Positions 10,803 to 20,306 of a DNA stretch of 20,306 nucleotides are shown one piece after another (within the stretch, counting starts at the first letter, position 1; the number at the start of each line of letters is the position of its first letter). The notes under the pieces are model-generated. The model made no database searches. It was not told the DNA's origin and saw only the letters and a program-made list of their open reading frames with translations. The stretch is from contig NW_021823942.1 in the NCBI RefSeq assembly GCF_006345805.1, forward strand, positions 1 to 20,306, read 5' to 3'. Position numbers and translations under genes: made by a program. This stretch comes from Octopus sinensis (lineage: Eukaryota).

Positions 10803-11008
10803 AAGGCAGTGATCAAGTAGAATCGTTAGCAGGCCGAGTAAAATGCTCAGCGGCATTTCGTCCACCTTTATGATCTGAGTTCAAATTCCGTCGTGGTCGA
10901 CTTTGCCATTTATCCTAATGGGGTTGATAAAATGAGTACCAGCTGAATGCTGGGATCGATGTAATCGGTTTACCCCTCCCCTGCTAGCCTTATGCCAAAA
11001 TTTGAAAA
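10803..11008 (+). mobile_element. tRNA-derived SINE (the family with GGTCGACTTTGCC...AGTACCAG)
   Basis: Box B-like GAGTTCAAATTCC at 10877-10889. The body is homologous to 11991-12118, 14080-14209 (minus) and 14210-14390. Confidence 0.85.
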
Positions 11009-11026
11009 CATCGTAATCATCATTCT

Positions 11027-11927
11027 TGAAGATTGGTGGCGGGGAACTGCGACGACGTTCTCTGAGCGCCGACGTTCTCTGAGCGCCGACGAGAACGAAC
11101 TGGCTCGTCTATTTCGAAGGACATTCCAGTCGGGAACTATTATGGATAATTTCAAGATGTCCTTGGCCTGGCAAGTGCTACCGGGGGACGCTACTGGTTC
11201 GAGGTAAACTCTACAGGGACGGATGTGCTGTGAGACGAGCTTGTCCGAGGTGCACGCAGAGTGACGAAACCGTTCTGCACGCCCTCGTTCAGTGTCTGAG
11301 CATTGCTGACTTGTGGGGTTATGTCAAACAGTTGCTGTCCCGTTTGGGACAGACCTGTCTGTCGGCCGAGTCTATAGTGATGATCACACCGTCGCCCTCC
11401 ACCAATCGAGCAGGGAAGTCAGTTTTCCTTTGTCTGGTGGCTGTGGAGAAAGAGGCTGAAAGGCATGAGGACAGATACATTCTTCTTTGGTAGAGTTCTA
11501 ATTGACTGCTTCAGGTTTCACTTGAAAAGGAAATTGAGAGTGGAAAGGGAAGAGCTGTCCTCGAGTGAGTTTACTGAAAGGTGGGTGAAATTTGCGAAAA
11601 TGGCAAGAGTGGATGGTACCTCTCTAGGTGTAGACCTATCAATCGGGGAGAAGGAATTGGAGAGGATACTTGCTCCTATGTTTTCAGGGAAATCTCGGAC
11701 AGTGGGGTTCTTCGATTATCCCTAGAAGCCTTCCTGTATCAGGAGGGCTACATCTCTATCATCCTCCCCGCCATTTGTTTTTGCTTTTGTATGCTATGTA
11801 TATGTCCCTTCTTTTTCATGTATACGTGTATACTTACTTTATCATTTCATCATTATATGTAAACACCCACGCTTTATGTCTGTATTGTCCCCCTCATATT
11901 TCGCCCTTGTGACAAATAAATGAAATC
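11027..11927 (+). mobile_element. 5'-truncated L1/Tx1-clade LINE: decayed ORF2 C-terminus, 3' UTR and (ATT)n tail
   Basis: Joined frames give ...SLAWQ/CYRGTLLVRGKL...CPRCTQSDETVLHALVQC...LW... (C-x2-C-x8-H-x4-C zinc knuckle at 11242-11295) and ...HLKRKLRVERE.LSSSEFTERW. A pyrimidine-rich 3' UTR follows, with AATAAA at 11915-11920 and then (ATT)n to 11990. Confidence 0.85.
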
Positions 11928-11990
11928 ATTATTATTGTTATTATTATTATTATTATTGTTATTATTATTATTATTGTTATTATTATTATT

Positions 11991-12118
11991 CCACCAAGGT
12001 CATTACTTTTCATCCTTTTGAGGTCGATAAAATAAGTACCAGTTGAGTACTGGCGTCGATGTAATCGACTCATCTCCCTTCTCCAAATTTCGGGCTTTGT
12101 GACTATAGTAGAAAGAAT
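11991..12118 (+). mobile_element. 3' fragment of the same SINE family as 10803-11008
   Basis: TTTCATCCTTTTGAGGTCGATAAAATAAGTACCAGTTGAGTACTGG..GATGTAATCGACT...AAATTTCGGGC, followed by a (TTA)n(GTA)n(GCA)n tail. Confidence 0.85.
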
Positions 12119-12136
12119 TATTATTATTATTATTAT

Positions 12137-12187
<51 letters not shown>

Positions 12188-12287
12188 CAGCAGCAGCAGA
12201 TGTATGACTATGCTTTCGTGAATAAAGCATTAGTTCATAATTTTAAAATCGATTTCTTTTCGTTGTTTTGACTTTTAATGATTTCAG

Positions 12288-12379
12288 AACCACTTGCTGT
12301 GGCACAGCTTCTCTGCAATTATCTCGACATCTTAGATTCCCAGAGGCCAAATGGCGCGGCACCCAACACTTATCGATGA
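12288..12379 (+). CDS. Candidate terminal coding exon (xPLAVAQLLCNYLDILDSQRPNGAAPNTYR*), possibly the end of a FERM F3 lobe
   Basis: Strong acceptor TTTCTTTTCGTTGTTTTGACTTTTAATGATTTCAG (AG at 12286-12287) and stop at 12377-12379. AQLLCNYLDIL resembles the talin F3 helix AQLIAGYIDII. An alternative frame is open across 12288-12452. Confidence 0.35.
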
Positions 12380-12739
12380 ATGCGTTTCTAAAGCCCGAAT
12401 CTGCGCTAATCGAAGACGATCGAAGAAGCAAATTTTTGGGACATAAATACAGGTTTATATTGTTTCAGCGGTTTCGGTTTTATTCAATTCAGACCCCCGC
12501 CTCCTAATCCACCCCCACCAAACTATATAGTGTCTCTATGTGTGTTAGTATGTTAATGTGAGCAAATACGTAAATGTGTGTGTGTGTGTGTGTGTGTTTG
12601 TGTAAATGTATGTATGTGTGGATGGATGGATGGATGGAAATGTGTGCGGTTTTTGCCGATGTTGTTGATGTTGCTATAGTCATTTACTCGAATCAGAAGA
12701 CTAAATGTATAAAACATTAGTTTCTAAGATATTGATTCG

Positions 12740-12747
12740 AAATATGG

Positions 12748-12787
<40 letters not shown>

Positions 12788-12965
12788 TAATAATAATAAT
12801 AATAATAATGATGATAATAATAATAAGTGATGGTGGTGGTGGTGTTATTTCGCTGCTACAGCAACGACGATAACGATAATAATGGGAAAAGTAACGATGC
12901 CAATAATGATTCCAGTATTAAGAACAACAACAACAACAACAAAAATAATAGCAATGAAAATAACG
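12740..12965. repeat. Compound (AAT)/(GAT)/(GGT)/(AAC) trinucleotide microsatellite region
   Basis: Seen directly. Confidence 0.9.
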
Positions 12966-13708
12966 ATGATAATTATATCCATAAAGCTTTCTAAAGTTAA
13001 TAATGATAATGTTATGAATAGAGTTGTATAGGTGTGTGTGTTTGATCAAATATTTTGCTTCAAGTTCATTGGACGAATGTCTGTTGGCATGTAGTGGTCA
13101 ATTGATTGATTCAGAAATCTATCTGATCGAACAGACGCAATTGATTGACTGGAGAGTAATAAATTTGCCTCACCTTCCACCGATCGAACGACCCGTGTAC
13201 CTGAAGACCGGGCCATTCGAACCCTCTATAGATCGTATGCTGCCATAGAATATCAGGATAAAGATGGCTTTGTGAAGTGGTACACTAAACCTTTGCTGTT
13301 TCACCGGCAGGGTCATGTGTGGTCAGTTTCCCCGACTGACCAAGCGTTTGATGAGATGGAGAAACGATTTGATGTTGCTGACATATCTAACCACATTTCT
13401 CAGACGAAGTGTCGCCACCAACATTCTGTTCTAGCACGAGGTCCTAGGAACTGGAGTACAGAATTGTAATCGATGTCGGTATTATATTGATAACAACATG
13501 TGACTTACGTTAACCAATATCAGCCCAATATCGAAATCTTGAACCCGCTTCATTCAGTTTCTACGAGCTTGACGAGATAGGTATGTCTACATAACTTTGG
13601 TTTGCTTGGAAGAGAATCAAATTGGTTTAAAATGAATATATGACTCTTACCAATTGTGCTGCGTGCCACTTTCTTTCGTTTCAACACGCATTTGGATATG
13701 TGTATACA

Positions 13709-13772
<64 letters not shown>

Positions 13773-13812
13773 ACACGCATACACACACACATATATATAT
13801 CATAATAATAAT

Positions 13813-13887
13813 TAAGTACCAGTTGCGTACTGGGATGATCTAATCGACTGCCCTCTCCCCCAAAATTTCGGGCCTTGTGCCTAGAAT
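13813..13887 (+). mobile_element. SINE 3' tail fragment
   Basis: TAAGTACCAGTTGCGTACTGG...CCAAAATTTCGGGCCTTGTGCCTAGAAT; a near-identical inverted copy lies at 14080-14154. Confidence 0.85.
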
Positions 13888-14050
13888 GGTACAGGATCGA
13901 TCCCGAAATCTAATCAGTTCGTGCCGGTCACGAGGCCAAACATCCTGAAAGTTTCATCGGAATCAATCCAGCGGTCCTTGAGATATCTTGACCACGGACG
14001 AACAGACACGACTGAAAACATTACCTCCGCCTTTGCTAAGACAGAGTTAA
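13888..14050 (-). mobile_element. Inverted partial (5') copy of the HINE-like element at 14404-14763
   Basis: Reverse complement of ~14405-14568 with only a few differences. Confidence 0.9.
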
Positions 14051-14079
14051 TAATAATAATAATAATAATAATATTTTCT

Positions 14080-14209
14080 ATTCTAGGCACAAGGCCCGAA
14101 ATTTTGGGGGAGGGGGCAGTCGATTAGATCACCCCAGTACGCAACTGGTACTTATTTTATCGACCTTGAAAGGATGAAAGGCAAAGTCGACCTCGGTGGA
14201 ATTAGAACT
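14080..14209 (-). mobile_element. SINE 3' half on the minus strand
   Basis: The reverse complement reads AGTTCTAATTCCACCGAGGTCGACTTTGCC...AAGTACCAGTTGCGTACTGG...GTGCCTAGAAT. Confidence 0.88.
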
Positions 14210-14390
14210 TGCCGCTACGTTCCGAGTTCTAATTCCACCGAGGTCGACATTGCCTTTCATCCTTTCAAGGTCGATAAAGTAAGTACCAGTTGAACACTGA
14301 GGTCAATCGACTCGTCCCACCTCCCCAAGCTGGGGTCAATCGACTCGTCCCCCCTCCCCAAGCTGCCGTTGTGGCAAAAATTTGAAATAA
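14210..14390 (+). mobile_element. 5'-truncated SINE with an internal 33-bp tandem duplication (14297-14329 / 14330-14362)
   Basis: Same family body as 10803-11008; the unit CTG.GGTCAATCGACTCGTCCC.CCTCCCCAAG is seen twice. Confidence 0.85.
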
Positions 14391-14403
14391 TAATTATTAT
14401 TAT

Positions 14404-14763
14404 CATTACCTCCGCCTTAGCAAAGGCGGAGGTAATGTTTTCAGTCGTGTCTGTTCGTCCGTGTTCAAGATATTTCAAGGACCGCTGGATTGATTCCGAT
14501 GAAACTTTGAGGATGTTCGGCCTCGTGACCGGCACGAACTGATTAAATTTCGGGATCGATCCTGTACCGGACAAGGATTCTGGATTATCTTTCCGGTTTC
14601 TTTACTTAATTTTTGAGAGTTGTTAGGTTTGTGTTAGTATTCTCGTTTGTAAGAGCAGTCGAGATTATTTAAGATATTCTCATTTTAAAAAATCATCTCT
14701 GCCTGATCGTTGAGAGGACGTTGGTGTTGCCTTGGCGGAGGCTTGCACCCGCCGGGTGCTCTT
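14404..14763 (+). mobile_element. Full-length non-autonomous Helentron-type element (HINE / DINE-1-like)
   Basis: 5' hairpin CATTACCTCCGCCTT-AGCA-AAGGCGGAGGTAATG (14404-14437). The 3' subterminal repeat GGCGGAGG (~14734-14741) is inverted relative to the 5' CCTCCGCC and is followed by the stem-loop GCACCC-GCC-GGGTGC (14745-14759). It is flanked by (TTA)n, consistent with TT targeting. Confidence 0.75.
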
Positions 14764-15033
14764 ATTATTATTATTATTATTATTGCCTGAATACCATATT
14801 TGTACACTTTCAAAAACACTTTATTTCCATAGACATAAGTTTTATGGAGAGATTTCATCCAATTTTCCTCTGTCAAATATGACTCCATATGTTTTTACAA
14901 CTTACAAAATTGTGGTTGATGAAAATAACACTTGCCTATCATATCAAGAAGAGCAGTGAATCTCATAATCATGTGGTTGGCGAGTGAAACCTGAACTACG
15001 CAGCTTAATTCGCTATCATACTGTGCTTAAATA

Positions 15034-15359
15034 GGGATAAGCATTCAGTGGCAAGAACGTCGAACTTACGATCGTGAGGTTGTGAGTTCGAATCCCAGAC
15101 CAGGCTGCGTGTTGAGTTCTTGAGCAAGACACTTTATTTCACATTGCTCCAGTTCACTCAGAAATGAGTTGCGACGTCACGGGTACCAAGCTGTATCGGC
15201 TGCTGCCTCTCCCTTGGATAACATCGGTGGCATGGAGAGGGGAGGCCGGTATGCATGGGCAACTGCTGGTCTTCCATAAACAACCTTGCCCGGACTTGTG
15301 CCTAGGAGGGTAACTTTCTAGGTGCAATCCCACGGTCAGTCATGACTAAAGGGGGTCTC
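15034..15359 (+). mobile_element. tRNA-derived SINE (head plus CORE-like segment and a distinct body)
   Basis: Box A-like CATTCAGTGG, canonical box B GAGTTCGAATCCC (15084-15096), TTCTTGAGCAAGACACTTTATTT shared with the 9300-9626 SINE, and a different 3' body. Confidence 0.8.
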
Positions 15360-15701
15360 AGCACATATATAATTATATATATATATATATAATTTTTATT
15401 CAAATGAATATGGTACTTAAGTTAGATACACCAGAATTTTGTTTATAAATCCATGGGGTGATTAGCAAACTCTGCTACCTTAATGTTCTTAAAATTCAAA
15501 TTGACATCTTTGTCTATATATCTACCTTCTCTATAATGTTATCAATTAATATGAAAATTATGTATTAATGGAAAACCTCTATAAATTGCTGATGATTGCT
15601 CAACATTTTAAAACTGTTGTAATACTTACAATATTTAATAAAATGATGTAGCGTGAAACGATCGTACCAAATTACCGAAGATATTCTTGTTGCTTATTTT
15701 G

Positions 15702-15702
<1 letters not shown>

Positions 15703-15793
<91 letters not shown>

Positions 15794-15802
15794 AAGAGAG
15801 AG
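15703..15802. repeat. (TA)n(GA)n compound microsatellite
   Basis: Seen directly. Confidence 0.97.
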
Positions 15803-16397
15803 GGATGCATAAGGCCATGGAGGTTCGTACAACGCAGATGCTGGAGGCTAGTGGTTGGCGCTTCTGCTCTTGGAGGTTGGTAACGGTATTCTTGGTGTAA
15901 CCAGTGCTGGGGAGGGGAGCGGCTGATGCTAAAATGGTATATCCGGCTTTCCGGTGGTCAGTGGCCGGAAGTTCACCAGAAGGCCATATAAGATGTGTGT
16001 GTATGTGTGTGTGTGTAATTATGTAATGTATGTATCTGTAGCCATGTAAAGGTCGATAAGCTATAGTCAGTAGGAAACATATATATACATAGATGTATAT
16101 ATACACATTTTATATAAGGGTGGACGGTTAGGACGCGTGTATATGAGTTTATCTGCATACTTGTGGCAGGCGTATATATACATCCATAGTCAGTATGTCT
16201 ATATTTGTACGCACTTATACATAGACACACACAGACGTATGTTCATTTCTATTTCTATATATACATATACGTGTGTTTATGGATATGTACGTGTTTGTGT
16301 GTGTCCTTTCTCACACACATACAGAGAAAGAACCACGTTGAAAGAACCTCTCATCGGTTTATATAGCTTTGTGTCACTTCACTATGTCACTTAATTG

Positions 16398-16435
<38 letters not shown>

Positions 16436-17079
16436 TATTTCTAAAAAAAACATTGTTTAAAACTCAATTAAAAGTTGAGTGTGTTTACGACAGACAATGG
16501 AAACAAATGGTCCACAACAATTCTTCAAAACTGTCTATCATTATGTAATATGATTAATAAGAGCTGTTTTATTGTGAAAACCACAACAATACGGCGCGGG
16601 TTATCAAAATTTGATTTAGCATTCAAAAGAACTGAATTATACGGAATCTTCATATTTATATACAAATATATGTATACATACACACATGGAGGCATACATA
16701 TACACACAGATAAATAAATATGTATATATACACAGGTTCAGTGCCAATGTTCTTCGGCACATCCGTGCGATTTTTCAGGTAAAATGTGCTTGACACTAAG
16801 ATGAACCTCTCGTGTGGTGTGTGTGTGTGTGTGTGTGTGGTGTGTGTGTGTGTGGTGTGTATGTGTTTAAAGTGAGAGAGGATAGAGAAGGAGACACATC
16901 GTACATAAAGTGGCTGCATTATCGGAACTCCGTAATACTGTTGTATTCACCTTGAGACTACTTCTCATGATGACGACAAAGACGTTTAGTACAAAGTATG
17001 AAGTTTGAGTGTCCGTTTCGATTCTAAAATGTCGAGTGCTTCTCAGTGTATTGGTTACCTGTAGTACAAATATTATCCT

Positions 17080-18230
17080 GGTTTATGCGGAACTTTCCAA
17101 TGAATATTCTGATTGTTTCTGGATGCGGATATCTATTCAAGTGTTCTCTCTGGTGTTTAAACAACGGTTTTATCTTTCCAAACTTACCAATATGTTCTCT
17201 TCTTCAGTTGTACAAAGTTGAAATTTTCTCACCAAGTTGGTGTACGAACTGGATCTTTCAACAACCATCTATCTGATATGGTACCCGCATTAAGATCTCA
17301 CAGATTCCACGTACTACATGCCATTGTTGCAGGAGTCAGCTTGTCGATGTATCGGAAGTAAGTGTTGTGATTGTACATCCTTTGCGTCAATTTAGTTTAA
17401 ACCACACCTAAGTAATCTTTATTCTCAAGTGGTCGATGTTGTACGGTTGAGATAACCAAAATTTCTTGCACGAACGATCCTACCACATATGCCTGGTGTA
17501 ATGGGAAATTTTTATTTTTCTGGCGTAAACATGCTGTAAATCCATGCTCGGCTCACTGGCAGGAGCTGTTTGGATTTTGGAAGAACGTTTATTATTGATT
17601 TTAATGACTTTATCGAAAAAAATCTTCCTATACTTATGATTTGGAGGAAAATTTTAATATAGAAAAACGAAGAATTTTTTTATCTAAATCGTGTCCAAAC
17701 TTTAAAATTAGCGAACAGTGGAGAGAATTAGATGCGGTTGGTGGGTTTGTTAAATCATTATTCCGTTAATGTACTGGGGACTAAAGAAATATTCTCAGTG
17801 AATCCATCATAAGATAAAACCCTGTTGTTCTGGCGGCTTAAGATTTCTTAACATGAGAACAAAGTAACTATAATTCTTCATTATCATTTATTGATTGGGG
17901 TTCTAAAATCGATATTGTATGGAAAGAGTAATTTTTTATATGCATCAATGTGTCATTAAGTTTATAGCAAGGTTTGTATTTGAGCCTACGTAAGTGAAAC
18001 ACCCAACCATTCTTGGTTAGTAAGATTGATACCAATAGTAATTTTATATCCTGGGCTATTCAATGTGGTCACACAATTATTCCTAAAGGTACCGACGGTG
18101 TAGCTGTTAATGTTATGAAAAACTTCTAAAACATCGTTTTGGTAGAAACCCATGTAAGATATACAGATCTTACGTTTTAACACGTCCAGTATATAAAGGC
18201 CAACAATGTTACATTACTGCCCAATTGTAT
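17080..18230 (-). mobile_element. Decayed Penelope-like element: RT C-terminus, linker and GIY-YIG endonuclease, with stops and frameshifts
   Basis: Minus-strand translation: GLYILDVL...GFYQNDVLEVF (degenerate YxDD at 18133-18144); GYKITIGINLTNQEWLGVSL; YKPCYKLNDTLMHI; RI*FSPLF; PNHKYRKIF (17619-17644); DYLG (17406-17417); QRMYNHNTYFR; WNL*D; SYTNLVRKFQLCTTEE; LNTRE. These follow PLE motif order. Confidence 0.8.
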
Positions 18231-18635
18231 TATAATAAACCAAACACGAGACACCAATTACAATACAACTAACTTAAGAACAGAGCATTCTAAATGTGAA
18301 GAAGTAAGTTGCTCAATACAAGGTGCCTTTGATGTTCTTTGGCACGAGCATCTTCCATAATGTTGAGAATGGACTTGTGTAAATCATCAATAAAAGCCAA
18401 ATGAATATAAAACATAAAAATAGTTTATGGAAGTTACTATGAGTATGTCTACATGTATTTGTCTAGGTGTGGGTGCGTGCATAAGTGCATACATATGTGT
18501 GTGCACGTGTGAGTATGTGTGTATGGGAATTGGGTGTTTATGTATGAGTGATAGAAAGAGATAGTGAAGATTTGTGAATACTTTGAAATGTGTGTGTGTG
18601 TATCTAGTTCTGTGTATGTTTGTGCTTGAATATTC

Positions 18636-18666
<31 letters not shown>

Positions 18667-19245
18667 GTATTGGGAGGGGTTCTCAGAATTCAAAAACTTG
18701 ATATATTTCAAACACAAACATTAAATCAACAAATTGCGTTTGTTTTTTTTCAATTGAGATTACCTGTCGGTGTAACTGCTGTTTCTTCTTTTATTCACTG
18801 TACGACAAATACATGCGCACAGCCACGCGCACACACACACACACACACATATGCACATGCAAACATATGCACATGTATGCAAGAACACAGACACAGAAAC
18901 TAGAGAGAGAGAGAGAGAGAGAGAGATGTGGTCGGTCGGTAGAAAGGTTGATATGTATGTAGGTCTGCATGTATGTAGGTCGGTAGGTAGGTAAGCAGAC
19001 AGATAGGCAGGTAGGTATGAAACTATCTCTCAGTTTCTCTGTATGTCTCACTTTCTATCCTTCTCACAATAGAAAAGTATGTGCGCATGTATGCGGGTGT
19101 ATGCGCGCGTGTGTGTGTGTGGTGTGTGGTGTGTGTGAGCCTATGTATAAATGTCTGGAACTGAGTGTGTGCGGCTGAGTTAGCTTAGGGCTCTCAGCTC
19201 TGTGGAATGTACAGTTAGTAACATCAATGAAAGTCTCCGAAAAAG

Positions 19246-19293
19246 TATAGTCCCAGCTTTAAAGTAGTGAAATACTTTAACGCTGGGACTATA
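19246..19293. other. Isolated 48-nt hairpin (20 paired bases, one mismatch, 6-nt loop)
   Basis: TATAGTCCCAGC-T-TTAAAGTA-GTGAAA-TACTTTAA-C-GCTGGGACTATA. Confidence 0.85.
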
Positions 19294-19719
19294 ACAAAGC
19301 ACCTTAAATATTTACTGTCGATAACAAGGGGACGGAGTTAATACTACAAGGGACATTTTAATTTGTTTATGTCTATCGGATACGAAATTTTAGAGACAAT
19401 CAAAAGAATAACTGACTATATTCATATACTTCGACATACATACACACACACACATACATATGTATATATATTTATATATAGGGTAAAAATTAAATATTAA
19501 TTTATACCTGTGTATATATATGTGTGTATAAAAGTTATAAAGAGAAAAGCCACTAAGTGGTTTCCAACACGCTAGAAATGGGAGTTAAATCCCAAATCAC
19601 GAAAAAACTGTTCTTGTTTTAGCACGTTGAATGTAGGCGGGCAGGATAATTTGAGAGAATTGGAAAATGATTGGTCATTCCCGTACTTTGAAGTTTCGAT
19701 CTTAACGATTCAATAAACA

Positions 19720-19766
19720 AATTAATTAATTAATTAATTAATTAATTAATTAATTAATTAATTAAT
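19720..19766. repeat. Self-complementary (AATT)n tetranucleotide array
   Basis: Seen directly. Confidence 0.97.
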
Positions 19767-20059
19767 GCATTAAACCATCTATTGCTCATCAACAAGAATT
19801 GCTATGGACATATAATTATAAAAACCTGAATACAAGACATACCGCATATTGAGTTCACATGTTTATGTATCGAGGAATTCTATTCAAATGTTCCACAGAC
19901 AATGCGCCAAAGTCAGAGTAAAGAATTAACATTCAGCAGTAAATTATGCAACTCTTAGAATTTTAAATATTTAAATTTGAATATAGAGTAAAAATTTAAT
20001 AGTAATTTATACCAGTGGCCAGCGTGAGTAGAAATGTCCGTAGACTGCTAATGTTGCAT

Positions 20060-20071
20060 GTGTGTGGAGTG

Positions 20072-20137
<66 letters not shown>
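20060..20137. repeat. (GT)n microsatellite
   Basis: Seen directly. Confidence 0.97.
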
Positions 20138-20140
<3 letters not shown>

Positions 20141-20306
20141 GAATGCATGCATAGATACGTGTATATAAATATGTGGTTTATTTTGGAACGATGTATGTGA
20201 ACCTTCTCTACCACTCCCTATTCGAGGTGGGAGAGTCCGTGTCCCTCCTCTAGGCCGTTAAGTGGATAACTGGATTTACGATCATCCATGAATAGACTTG
20301 GGATGA

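Noticed and set aside
15034-15105. SINE heads (also 9560-9626, 9646-9710, 10803-10890) as tRNA genes
   Set aside because: Box A/B motifs are present, but the cloverleaves are broken and each runs into a SINE body.
15803-15990. GC-rich island as an exon
   Set aside because: No frame on either strand has both credible splice sites and a recognisable peptide.
17010-17050. Hammerhead-like CTGAGAA...CGAAAC on the minus strand near the PLE 3' end
   Set aside because: The core does not fit CUGANGA and there is no stem III or cleavage triplet.

Overview
This is a eukaryotic, AT-rich window saturated with microsatellites, and no complete protein-coding gene is visible. The repeat families resemble those I recognise from Octopus (cephalopod) assemblies; this assignment is an inference, not a database result. 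Most ORFs in the supplied track are artefacts of (AT)n/(CA)n/(GT)n/(TTA)n tracts. Recognisable elements are: several tRNA-derived SINE copies or fragments; a 277-bp foldback MITE-like element; an internally deleted Tc1/mariner (DD37D/maT-like) element; a probable RTE-type LINE 5' fragment caught in a ~1.1-kb tandem duplication; a 5'-truncated L1/Tx1 LINE 3' end; a full-length Helentron-type non-autonomous element (HINE/DINE-1-like); and a decayed Penelope-like element (RT + GIY-YIG). The most notable observations are a nested ~700-bp inverted rearrangement at 13.8-14.6 kb, a perfect 108-bp palindrome, 65-bp inverted repeats bracketing the RTE fragment, and a candidate terminal exon resembling the last helix of a FERM F3 lobe. 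I found no convincing novel biological system.
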